Assembly (NCBI GenBank): GCA_047495785.1
Contig: JBLDXI010000024.1
Location: 3,100,001 to 3,164,000, forward strand
DNA from: Lepidodermella squamata
Taxonomy: Eukaryota; Animalia; Gastrotricha
Direction: 5' to 3'
Length of the DNA stretch: 64,000 nucleotides
The notes beneath the pieces were generated by a model. It searched no databases and was not told the origin of the DNA. It saw nothing but the letters and a program-made list of their open reading frames with translations. Shown here in pieces: positions 48,620-60,547 of the stretch (position 1 is its first letter; the number at the start of each line of letters is the position of its first letter). Made by a program: the position numbers and the translations under genes.

Positions 48620-49061
48620 AACTGAATTTTCAGTTAGCGAATCTCCAAGCTTAGTTGGCAAGCTTGGCAGAGATGATCTACCAAGTTCGAACTTAGGAAA
48701 ATTGTATGTCGCTTACTCATCCAGCTTCCATTTCTAGATGTCGGATGATACAAGACATTTGTCTGATAAAAGTAGACATATGTCTGATGAAAACAGTTGT
48801 TCTTTGTTCTCGAATCAGATGACCCACTCGAAAAGGAGAGGTCATACTAAAAATTATGGGAACATGAAAACCATAAAATCGCTGCGTGCGATGAACGCCG
48901 CCTTTATGAAAGTCAGCTAAAAGGGCGGGAGGAAAGTCGTGATGAGTCCTACTGTTCCGCCAAGTGAAATGTGACGCCCTAATGTAGTACGGGAATAAAA
49001 TTCGTGAGATCATTTGTTGGAGTATTCATCGGCGGTCAAGTTCGCTTATTTTTCGCGCACA

Positions 49062-51455
49062 ATGTTGCTGTTAATATGTCTGCTGCCTATTATCACTGTA
49101 TCGTGCAGTAAACCATACAGATTAAGCGTTCTTTCGCTCAATTTGTTCACTGGTTACGAACCTCGCAACAACCAGCTATGCAAAGCTGCGCAACAGATGG
49201 TTGTTGACGAGGTCAACAATCGCAGCGATTTGCTTCCAGATTACCACATCGAGATAACGTATGAAGACGAAGGATCTGCTAGTTCTTTCGCCGTAGCCAA
49301 GGCGATACGCTACTCGCGAGCTATGGCTGACCAGAGCGAGATATACCAATCGCCGGTTATAATGGGTCCTTTTTACACCCTGGGTTGCGTATCTCTGGGC
49401 AAAACTGCCCCGCATGTGAATTCAGTCTTGATAACCAGTTCATGTACGATCCCTTCTCAAACAGCAAGGAGGGACCTATATCCAACATTTTGGCGAACAA
49501 GAAGCCCGGCTGAGTTGCCGCTTTACGCTCGTCTGCACTTTTTGAAGACCCAAACTTCGCTGAGAAGAATCGCTGCTCTGATGCCGACAAGTACGAACCC
49601 TTACAATTTGGAAACGGCCACCATCTCTTACAACATTGCCGTCGAAGCTGGTTTCGATGTTGTTACATTCGAGGCCAGCCATGATTTCAATGATGACGTC
49701 ATGCTGCGTTTGAAAGCGCTTGATATTCGCATCTTCACGTTCGATGCTGTTGATACTGATGCCGCGCTTCGTTTCTTATGCCAAGCTTTCAAATTCGGAA
49801 TTACTGGCCCACGTTATATGTTCATCTTTCAGCTATTGGCTTACATCAACCCTCTCAGTTTGAACAACGTGATATACCCCGGCTGCACCCGTGAAACAAC
49901 TATTCTTCAATATGAGAGCTCAATGTTTGTCGGTTCTCCGTTCGAGGGACTGTCCGGGGTTGAAGGTAAGACGTCCTTAGGTCAAACAAGACAAGAATTC
50001 GAGGCAGCTTTCGATGAGTACACGAACAAAATGCGTACGCCGGATTACGACTTCCGACACATGTGCTACGACAGAGCGCTGCAAGCGATTTTTACTTTGA
50101 ACACGACGGAAAACTTGCTGGCAAATCAAAATCTTACTCTGCGGGACTACCGAACGCATCCGCGAAAGGTACAATTCAAAAGAAAGTGTTTTTGGTATAT
50201 AGGAAAGATTTTATGCCTTAGATAATGCTGGCAGCAAATGAAAGCGCTTATAAGGTTGATTTCCGCAACCTCCGCCACGGCCGATTCCACTACTCAGCTC
50301 GAGGCGAATTCGAATATGAAGCTCAGCTTGTCACTCGTTACTCACGAAATCGCGGTCTCTTCATTAGCCACGATGTCTTCTGCCGCGACAATGCTTCTGT
50401 CACTAATCTCAGCTCGTATCAAGTTTCTCAGGTTGATCCACTCGCACTTGTCTACCCGCGAGATACAGGCTTATACGTTGATAGTTTGCATGGTGTTTCC
50501 GTCGCCGTTTTCATATTCATAACAGTACTATCCAGCACTCTAACTTTCCTTCAAATCGGATTTTCAACTCATGCAATACTGAAGTCGAAAAGTCAATCAT
50601 CCGGTAGGTTTAATTCCCCTTCGTCAGAATTGTTGCAACCCTTTTTCGCCAGGTTTTCCAGTGTCCAAAACAGCCATTTTTATCGGATGCGTTCTAATGA
50701 ACTTGGCGGCGATAGGATTATCATTTCCTATCGATTCGCTGACAACTGCTACGTGCGATTTTCAAATCCTGACCACTTCTCTCGGCGTTACCATTGTAAA
50801 TAGCATCCTTGCTTGGCGACTCTTCTACGCGCGGAGGTCGCTAGTCTACGGCATGCCTGGCAAGAATCGTAGATTCCTGATTCCCGCGATAACTACGATA
50901 ACTTTGATCCTTTTGGTTGCTGTTACTTGGCTGATAGCTGACTCTCCATATGTAGCGAAATCTCCAGCTCCTATCATTTCAATCTATGACGAAGATTCAG
51001 ATACATATTTCCACGAATTCAGTGTCTCATGCACGAGTGATGACTTTTCTACATGGACTGGCGTAATATTAGGATTGAATTTCGTGACTTTGTTGCTTGG
51101 AATCTTTGCTGCTCTCAAATTGAACGGTCGTGCTATTTCTCAAGAGGTCAAATTGCTGCGCAGAAGTTTAGTTTTTGGCTCAACTCTTTTCATAGCAACC
51201 ATTGCCATCTGCTATGTTCTGAAAACCAGTGTTGCTCAGTCTCTGACTACTGCTACGGCGATGCTGATTGAGTCGACTACGATATCTGGAATTTTCTATT
51301 TTATTGTTATCAAAGTGAATATATCCAATTCTATGGCCGCAATAGGAAGGCAGCTATCCCGTGGTCAATCTTTCGCAGCTACTCCTAGCAGACTAACTTT
51401 GACAAGGACTCGATCAAGCCAGTTTCAAGGCCAACGCGCTTCGAACAGAGACTAG
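49062..51455 (+). CDS. Class C GPCR, GABA-B-like, copy D (exons 49062-50168, 50222-50603, 50653-51455)
   Basis: Signal peptide, VNNRSDLLPDYHI, LYPTFWRT, DIRIF..FLCQAFKFGITGPRYMF. Two short GT-AG introns restore a continuous VFT-7TM frame. Confidence 0.9.
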
Positions 51456-52021
51456 GAACAAGGGTTTATCTATCAATTCCTGAAGATGAAATATGAAGAT
51501 GAATAAGCTTGCGTTTTTCTTTTCCTAAATTGTGTGAAGTGAAGCATAAACCATGTCACTGAATCGTGGCAAATTGTGGATCTTGAAATGATTAAACCAG
51601 AAACCAGAAGTTACTAGAATGAATTATTCAGGAAAATGGCCACTTTATGTCGGCCATACCACTCATGCTGTTGGTAAAAATGCTGGTCACTTTAGGTTAT
51701 AGTATTGTTCATTAATTTCAATTTCAGCTGTACTTCGACTGTGCATTGCTTTTATTCTAATCCTAAATGAGACAATTTGAAGGCAGTTTCTGCAACTTAG
51801 CCCAAAACGAATAAAAAAATTGGTGAGCCAGTACATTGCAAATCAAATTTGACTACGAATTGCATTGTTTCAACTCGCGCGGCAATCTGTGATAGATTGA
51901 CGAGTGACATCATAAATCACTCAAACCGAGACTGCGAATGCGCGAAAAATGCCTTGGGCCTTCTTCATTGGCTTATATAAAAATGAAGTTTCCTAAATTC
52001 TAATTCTAGTACACAAAAGAA

Positions 52022-54240
52022 ATGAATGTTCTCAGTGTAATTGGTGTGATGACTTGGTTTTGTATAACCCTTGTTTCTGGGATCGGAATACCTCCTCCTG
52101 GAACGGTTCTATCCAAGGGTGAACGCTTATATAGCCGCCTTATGGCAAATTATTCGACGTCAGTCCGGCCGGTCAAGTCTAATAAGGAAAGGGTCGATTT
52201 AGCCATGACATTGCGCCTCATAGAAATATCCGAACTTGTGAGTTCTTTCGGAAAAATACAACATTTGCGCATAAGAAAATGTTTACAGGATATGAAGAAT
52301 CAGGTTTTGGTTCTCTCGGTATGGCTACGTCAAGAGTGGTACGATTCGCACTTGATATGGACTAGGAATGAGTCAGGTGGAATAGACCATCTTCATATGG
52401 TACAATTTTAACTGATATTAGATGGCTTGTAATTTTTAGCTATCTTTCAGCTTCCTGAAACTGTTTGGATTCCTGATACTGTAAGATTTTTCTTTTCTTA
52501 TTGGGGCGAGTCACATACTTGACAATAGACGCTGTATAACAACGTTGATGGCGACTTCAACATCACCTCAAAGACAAAGGTTATTGCTAACTCCGCTGGA
52601 CTCATGGTTTGGGAGGTTCCCATTGTTTTCAAGTCTTTCTGCTTCATAGCTGTGGAAAACTTTCGTGAGTTAACTAATGATTTGCCTTTATAATATCTCG
52701 TAACCATTTTGACTTTCAGCCTTTGATGAGGTGAGCGAGAGTTTGATGACTCGTTAATTCAACTACCGCTTATTTTCAGCAAATTTGCGATCTGAAGCTT
52801 GGCTCGTGGAGTAAGTTTCCACTAGCTATATAATATCTATCAGTTTAGCGTTTGTTTTCCATAGCCTATGCGACATCGGGCGTCACTTACTGGTTGGGTA
52901 GCTTGACTAACAAATCAACAACAGGTTCAGCAGACTTGAGCAGTTTCGTTGAATCTTCAGTTTGGGAGCTGATTCGAACAGATGCGAAGCAAACACTGTT
53001 CAGCTATCCATGTTGCCCTGAATTATACGTAATCACATTGTCTCCTTAAAAATAACTTGATTATTGAACCTTGAAATGCTCAGGGCGATATTACATACCG
53101 GTTCTACATCCGAAGGCGACCGCTTTTCTACATTATCAACCTCATCATTCCGTGGGTTTACAATTCAGGAAGCTCCATCTAACGAAATTTGTTTAATATA
53201 GGTGTGTTACGATCTCAGGGTTGACCCCATTCGTATTCCTGCTGCCTGCCGAAAGTGGAGAGAAAATCTCTCTATCAATCAGTATTCTCGTCTCGCAAAT
53301 CTTTTTCAACTTATTCGTCATTGAACTAGTTCCACCTACGTCACTAGCCATACCCATAATCAGCAAGTAGGTTATATACCTCTCTATACCATTTTAGAGC
53401 TCTAGTCATTCTTACTATAGGTACCTCCTTGGAATGTCGATTTTCATCGCCATGTCAATCTTTTCAAGCATCTTTGTCATCAACGTTCATCTGCGTCTAC
53501 ACATTGCCAAACCAGTCCCCGCCTGGGTTAAGTACCACATGATCGACAACTCACCCTTCTACGCCATTCCTATGTCCTTGATATATTTTTTCCTCATGCT
53601 ACCATTAAGAATCGCGAAATGGCTTTTGATCTGCTTGCTATTCTTTCTGGGCGATCGGAATTTGTCCAAAAAGGAGAGCAAAGTTACCAGTGATGTAGCA
53701 GACACAGAAATGTCTGGATTCTCACCGGATACAAGCCATTTCACGTTATCGACAATTCAGGAGATTTCGTTTCATTCCTTGAATATCAAACCTCCTTCAA
53801 GAGATGACAGCGCTATGCTGCAGGCCTTCGTCGATATTTTTGAGATTTCCGATAAACTTAAGAGAGTTTCGAAGAAAGAATGGTCGGAAGTGTCTGGGGC
53901 ATTCGATCGCCTTATAACGCTGTTATCCCGCGACAAGTACAACTCTGTGGAGAATCTTCAGAACTTAGCCACTGCTCGAGAAGTGCAGACTCAGACAGCT
54001 GCTCCGTTTTGGTTTCTGCAAGATTTAGAAAAGGAGATCGTAGGTCGAGCGTTGCAAGATGCTATCAGCATTGCGGAGAGGAATGAGAAAAGAGAGGAAC
54101 TGGCGCGACGTAGAGCTGAATGGGCCGATGTAGCTAAAGCTCTAGATCGGCTGTTTTTAGTTTTCTTCGCCGTGGTTTTTGTAATTGCTACGACGATACT
54201 GCTATTAGCACCGCTGCACACCCGTTTCCATGATGACTGA
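52022..54240 (+). CDS. Nicotinic acetylcholine receptor alpha-type subunit, paralog 8 (most divergent)
   Basis: Microexon 52720-52730. YSTSVRPV, CFIAVENFPFDEQIC, KLGSWTY, FSYPCCPELY, M2 [23 protein letters not shown]. Confidence 0.92.
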
Positions 54241-54435
54241 GAGGAACTAACAAGAATCTGCCCAGTGCGAATCTATTCTAAATCGGACAAAATCGCATTA
54301 TATAGAACAAAGTTTTGCCCTGCAAGACTGGGACAATTGATAAGACATGTCGTGATTTTTTATGAGCTTTGACAGCTGTCATCCGTTAGTAATTATTGAT
54401 CAATTTTTTGAGAACAGAATGCTAAATAAAATCAT

Positions 54436-55834
54436 TCAGGGATTTGTCCAACAGTCATTTTCGTCATTCAGCTCTGAAAGGCGTTTGCAATGCTTGGCTC
54501 GGAAAGCTTCGTGAGCACTACTTATAGGACCAGCATCTCTAAGATTGAGAACCAAAGACAAAGTTGGACTGACATGTTCCTGGGCACCTATGGTCATGAA
54601 CGCTTTGTAAGCATCGGCGGCATTGATCGAAAGCTGCATGACCCGATTGAACTGAGATCGCCTCGTGTCCGTAATCAGGTCACAGCCTTGATTCATCCGT
54701 GACTGATGCATTTGAAGGGCACGCATCATGCGATGACGCAGGCGAGCTATTTTCGGATTTCCGGCTAACGTTTCATCTTAGAAGAAGCCTAAATTCATAA
54801 AAAATTGAAAGATGTCTCATTTGTACCTGAGTTAAGAAGCGTGATGCCGACAAGAATAGCAACCTCCGCAAAGCTTGGGGACCACTCTAAAACAGCTTGC
54901 CTTAACTCATCGTGAGCGTCTAGAATCACCTTCCCAGCGGGATAGTGATACGAGAAAGTCTCCCGTAAATCAGCTGAAACTCCGAAAAATGGCTGTTTCT
55001 CGCCGATTGAGGACAATTGATGCATCTCAAGCGCTGTTGCAGCAAATTGTAGCGACAATAACTGTCGACATAATCCAGGGCTCAAGCCCATATACTCTAT
55101 GATTTTTCACAGTAAATGATCAGTAAGATTTAGACAAGAAATTACCTTCAAAGTGTTTACAATACTCAGAACCCGTTTTCAAAGCTGCCTCAGTGTGAAG
55201 GTATCCGAGTCGAGACAGCATGGGCCGGTTGAAACCTCCAGAAGGAGCTGGCGGGGGATTTTTCAAAGGTAGCTATTAATTAAAGTTAGACGACCACAAG
55301 ACGGTATTAGGTAAATTTCATACGAATTCGAAGGAGTGGAGATGCGTGAAGGCTCTTGCAACACTTCGCAGTACTTCTTCGATAGCTTCGTTCTCAGACA
55401 GGTTGGGATGTCGGATAGCATCCCCACCTATCTCTGAAGGGGTATCGTCTTGGCCGGATTCCAGCTGAGTTTTCGCTCGACGGCATTTCATCCCAGCTTC
55501 CAAGCATCTTTCAAGCCGACACCGCTTGCATTCTCGCCTAGAGTTCCCGTTTATGTGGCACCGTTCGCCGTTATTTGAATTGCATATAAGGGTTTCGAGA
55601 TCTCGGGAATATCTCCTGAAAAATTTCTGAAAAGGAGCACTATAACCTACGTTGAAATGAAGAGGGGAAATTATTACCTGACATGCTTCACATGTTCTAG
55701 GCTGGTAGAATTGCCGCTTTGGAACAACTGCCCTGCAAACCTATCACTTAAAACGTTATAGATGCCCTTTTTTGTTTAAGGCTTTTTACCTTGCACAGCG
55801 CATGAGGATTCAGCTCAATTTTTACTTCTTGCAT
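54436..55834 (-). CDS. Divergent nuclear hormone receptor (C4 zinc-finger DBD + LBD; ~6 exons)
   Basis: Spliced DBD: LCKVCRAVVPKRQFYQPRTCEACQKFFRR..ICNSNNGERCHINGNSRRECKRCRLERCLEAGM. LBD-like segments EYCKHFE and EVAILVGITLLNS. Confidence 0.85.
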
Positions 55835-56364
55835 GATTCTGCGGGTGTAAATTAGATGCGAGGAAACGTTAATCCTAGTGGCTTCGGCTAATGAAATCAC
55901 TTGTATAAATGCATCAGGGTTAATTTGATCGATTGCACTGTTTTTAAAGCCGTATGTCGAGGAAGGAAGCGAGTTCAGCCTTTATACCTGCGCTATATTA
56001 GTTGTCTGCAAATTGAACCCACGTCCGTTATCCCAAGGACAAGCGTCATCCCATATCAATCAAATTATTATCATGACGAGACCTATGGTACAATCAGCTA
56101 GAACAAACTATCCATTCAACTTCATTGGCAGATTAATTAAGGAAATGATTGAAAAAGCGATAAATGAGCATGTTTCGTGAATGGCGATACCTTATTTCTG
56201 ATTCCAACTTACACCAAAAAAAACAGATCGGTTTTTTTCAGCCGCGATCAATAGCCTTGCGTCAATAGATACGCAATGGATAGCTGTCAAAGCAGAAGAC
56301 CGTGGCGCATAATCCTAGCTCAGATAAGAAATTTGTCGCTTTCACAGACAAGCCAATAAAAAAC

Positions 56365-58224
56365 ATGGAGACGAATGTCAACAGCTTTCAGCGTGCATGC
56401 GAGGGAAATCTCAGTGATTACGAGCACTTAGCTACACTCAGTAAAGGATCTTTTGCGGAAGTGCAACTTTTCGAGGTTAAACGGCCTGTTGTCGTTAAGA
56501 AACTCTCGCTGGACCATAAAACTTTCGCAGACCCCAGTAGAGTGTTGAAAATCGCCGAAACTGAGGTAAAATATCGAATACTTTTATAAAAATCCTACTT
56601 TATTAATTATCAAGGCAAAACTCTTAGTCACCCTATCACACCCAAATGTTGTCAGAATTTACCATGCTTGGCTCGACTCGAGACGAATCTTCCTTGAAAT
56701 GGAGTTTTGCAAGGGAGGATCACTGCAAAAACTCATCGACCAATATCGCAATTTGAACCATCGATTTAAGGCGGTGGAAATCAAGCGATGGCTAACTCAA
56801 ATTGCTGTAGGATTGAGCTACCTTCACGACCTTCGATTCGTGCACAGAGATCTGAAATGCGAAAATATCCTCTTCACGGCTGATTTTTCAAGTGTGAAGA
56901 TTGGAGGCTTCGGGGCTAGTAAGCTCTACGACCGGAGCATCGCAACCGTTATGGCCTTGGACCTTACTACAGTGGCCCATCTCGCCCCTGAGATGTTCCT
57001 CGGCCTACCGTCCCAGAAAAATAGCCCTAAGGTGGATGTTTGGGCTTTGGGAGTTATAGCTTATGAGATGATCTTCCTAGAACCGCCTTACAATCCGTTA
57101 CAAATCAACGAACTCCTAAAAATGTACCAAAACAATGAGTAAGTCCTTCAACTTTCTTGTTATATTAGCATCACTTCTTTTCATAGACTTAAACCAGAGA
57201 GGATTCACGAGATTGACAAATTAGTTTCTCCCTACCTGAGGCTGCTAATCGAGCATAAGCTGCTAGTTGTTGATTCTCAAAAACGGGCTGATATAGACCA
57301 GATATTAATGGATATGTATCTGGCAGATGAGGCGAAACGACTTCAGTACGAACAGGACAATTACTTACATGAGCAGGTCAAAAAGTTGAAAAGCGAGAAT
57401 CCATCTCAACAACATCTGGAGCGCCACGAGGCGACAATTCAACTTCTGAAGGAAAAAGTGACGAAACTGCAGAATGAGCTGAACAATCAACAAATTCGTT
57501 TCATCAGAGTAAGGTCTATAAAGTAATGTCCACTTACACCTTCATTTCATTTTGTTAGGAGTCTGAAACCGCTCAGCATACGATTCGAGAGCTAACCCAT
57601 GATCTTAAAGATGCAGAGGCCGTTGAGAACAAGTCGGTTTTTGAAGGAATAAGAGAACAGGTTTTGATTCAAAATTTCTTCTTACACCCTCGCTATGTTA
57701 GTTTCATCATTCAGTTATCTCAGTTGCATGTTGTATCAACCCCTTCACCTGAAGCAGCTGCCAAAACCAAGGCAGTGAACATTTTTTTAAGAATTCCAAT
57801 TTTTAAGCTGGATTTTTTTCAGGATTTATTTTACGCAGCTGAAAGGGGAGATGTCGATACTGTTCGAATGATCCTCAGTACTTCAATTTTGGACGTCAGT
57901 ATCGAGGCTAAGGATCTCAGCGGGCCAGGTGCTGGGAAGACCGCTCTAATGTGGGCAGCCCAATCCGGCCATACCAACGTATGTTTGTCACTACTCAGCG
58001 AATTTGGAGCTAACGTGTCCGAACGAGCTCATCGTGGCTGGACTGCTTTGATGTACGCCGCCTACTTCGGCCACCCCGACGTTATTCAACTGCTACTCGA
58101 CTTTGACGCTCAGATCAGTGACGAAAATGACCGGGGTGAAAATGCCCTTTCAATCGCTAGAGATCGCAAAAATGCAGAAGCGGCAGACATTTTGCTTAGA
58201 GCTGCATCGAATGGTAAAAAATAG
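56365..58224 (+). CDS. Ser/Thr kinase-like domain (GFG in place of DFG) + coiled coil + ankyrin repeats
   Basis: LSKGSFAEV, VVVKK, HPNVV, MEFCKGGSL, HRDLKCENIL, KIGGFG, HLAPE, DVWALG. C-terminal GKTALMWAAQSGH and GWTALMYAAYFGH. Start codon uncertain. Confidence 0.85.
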
Positions 58225-58663
58225 CGAGGTTTTCTTACAATAAAATGCATTGTAATTGTACTCTTTGAACTGTTAACCCCTGATTTATCATCCTCCTGGA
58301 TCCTCGCTCGCATCCAGAGTTTTTTGCTGATAAGCAATATGTGTATGAAGCCACTATATCAGAGCCTACAGCTATGGAAACGTCGTTTTTTCTATTAGCG
58401 TTTTTTTGTCTGCAGCGCTGCAGCCAGATAGGCAAAAAACTGCTCTCGCAGTATAAACAGAATTCAGTACATTCAGATCAATGGTCGATATATACGTATA
58501 GTATATGTGTGTGTACTATGCGCGCGCAGTAATTCTATACACGCTATCGACCCATCGTTTTTTGGCTTTAACACAAAGCTGAGACTTTTCTCATGCTTTT
58601 TTAGCTGAATTTTCGAAGTTGGTCGACCGCAAAATGGATGAATGGGATATACACTGAAATTGG

Positions 58664-60269
58664 ATGGCGATTTCTTCGGAGAAGGCTGGTGCTGACCTCA
58701 AAGTGATCAGATCCTTAGGTCGAGGAGCATTCGCCGAGGCTTTACTCTGTTCAAAAAATCAAAATATCTTCGTTCTTAAAAAAATATCGCTCCCATCACT
58801 GACTAGCGATGGCAAACAGTCGAAAGGCAGGCGGCAACAAATTGAAAATGAAGTCACTCTGCATTCATCAATCATCCATCCTAATGTCGTGAGAGCGTTC
58901 GATCATTGGGAAGGTTTGCTTTCCGAAATTCTGACAGGGGCGAAATTTGAATTTCAATCCATAGAGCATCATTTGGTGGTTATTCAATTGGAGTATTGCG
59001 ACGGTGGCTCCTTGCGAGAATTAATCGAGGAGCGTAGCCAAGATCACACAGCCAAATGCCAATTCCCTATTCAGGAGGTGAGGGAATATCAGCTAAATTG
59101 AAAGCTATAGATTTGGAATGTATTACAGGTTAGGAAATACATGTACCAAATAGGGCAAGGTCTGGCTCAACTTCACGATCTAGGCATTGTTCACCACGAT
59201 TTGAAGCCCGATGTAAGTCTGCGTCGATCACTCTGTCATATTTTTAATCATACTTTCGAATCTCTCCAGAACATTCTTCTTACTGGAGAAGACAAAGTTG
59301 CGAAAATTTGCGACTTTGGATTGGCTAGGTCTATTAAGGCAGGAATAAAAGAAGACGACGTTACTCCTGAGATTGCTGGGACCATAGCCTATTTGGCACC
59401 TGAGTGCCTTCCCGCAGACAAATCTCGAGCAAATGACACGAAAGTTGACATTTGGTCGTATGGTATTATGGCTTTTGAGCTCGCAACACTCGAATTACCG
59501 TACTCTATGGATTACTTTGCGAAAAACGCCTTGCAAGAGCTGAAAGCTAAGCAATCATCCGAAAATTGGAAGCCTACAAAACTTGCCCATGCTGGTTTGA
59601 GAAAACTCATCGCGAAACGGCTGTTGGTCGTTAATCCGGATGGGAGATCAACCACGCGTGAACTACTTGAAAGAGACCCTTTCTTCATCAGCGAAAGCAT
59701 GTCAAAAAGCAAAGATAAGGTGAGTTTTCATATTCCTTGTTATGTCCTTATTCAGGAAGAGATTTTAGGAAAATTCAAGTGAAGCAACAATGCTCAAAGA
59801 ATCTAACTGTGATATAAGATCCAGTTCGGCGAAAAAAGTGAAGAAACAAAGGCAGATGTCGACCTCCGAGCAAACCCAAGCCGAGAAGGTGAACATAATG
59901 TCACCCCTAACTATTAGCTTCTAATCTTCTTCTAATTCTTATTCTCAACAGTATTTTCTAGCGGCTGCTCAGGGCGATTTAGCCATCGTACGTGGTATTT
60001 TGAGGCGAAAACTTGTCGATGTTGACTCGAAGAACGAAGATGGCCTCACTGCCCTAATGCTTGCCGCTAAGAATGGCCATGCTAGTATAGCCCGGTTGCT
60101 GTTGAAAAGCTTTCAAGCCAATGTCGATGAGATTACCGATGACAAAGAACAATCTTCAGCTTTGACTTTCGCAGTGAAGAATGGGCACGCCGATGTTGCT
60201 GCACTTTTAATTGAGGAATTCGGCGCTGCTGAATCTGAATTATCTGCTTTGAAAAGCATTGAAAAGTAA
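58664..60269 (+). CDS. Ser/Thr kinase (non-RD, NEK-like motifs) + ankyrin repeats
   Basis: LGRGAFAEA, VLKK, HPNVV, EYCDGGSL, HHDLKPD|NILL, KICDFG, GTIAYLAPE, DIWSYG. C-terminal GLTALMLAAKNGH and SSALTFAVKNGH. Confidence 0.88.
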
Positions 60270-60547
60270 AATCATCGGTGATGACAAACAAGTTATTTCG
60301 GTGTTGTTTTCATTCTGAACCAGAAAATTGTGAAACCCAGCTTTCAAGAAGTCATCCCTCAATGTCGGGGCGGGGGTATTTTTAAAGGCACTAATACCTT
60401 ATGACTGGAAAGCAAACTTGGAAATGTTCAAGTGCGTAATTCTACCGTGCTAATATTAACTAGCCTATATCAAATTTACAGTCTGAAATATTTTTTCTGT
60501 CGGCTCTTCACATATACTCATATCGAAATTTCAAACATAACGCTATA

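Noticed and set aside
4810-54240. Anion-selective or non-alpha identity for the channels
   Set aside because: All have GEK (not PAR) before M2 and vicinal cysteines in loop C.
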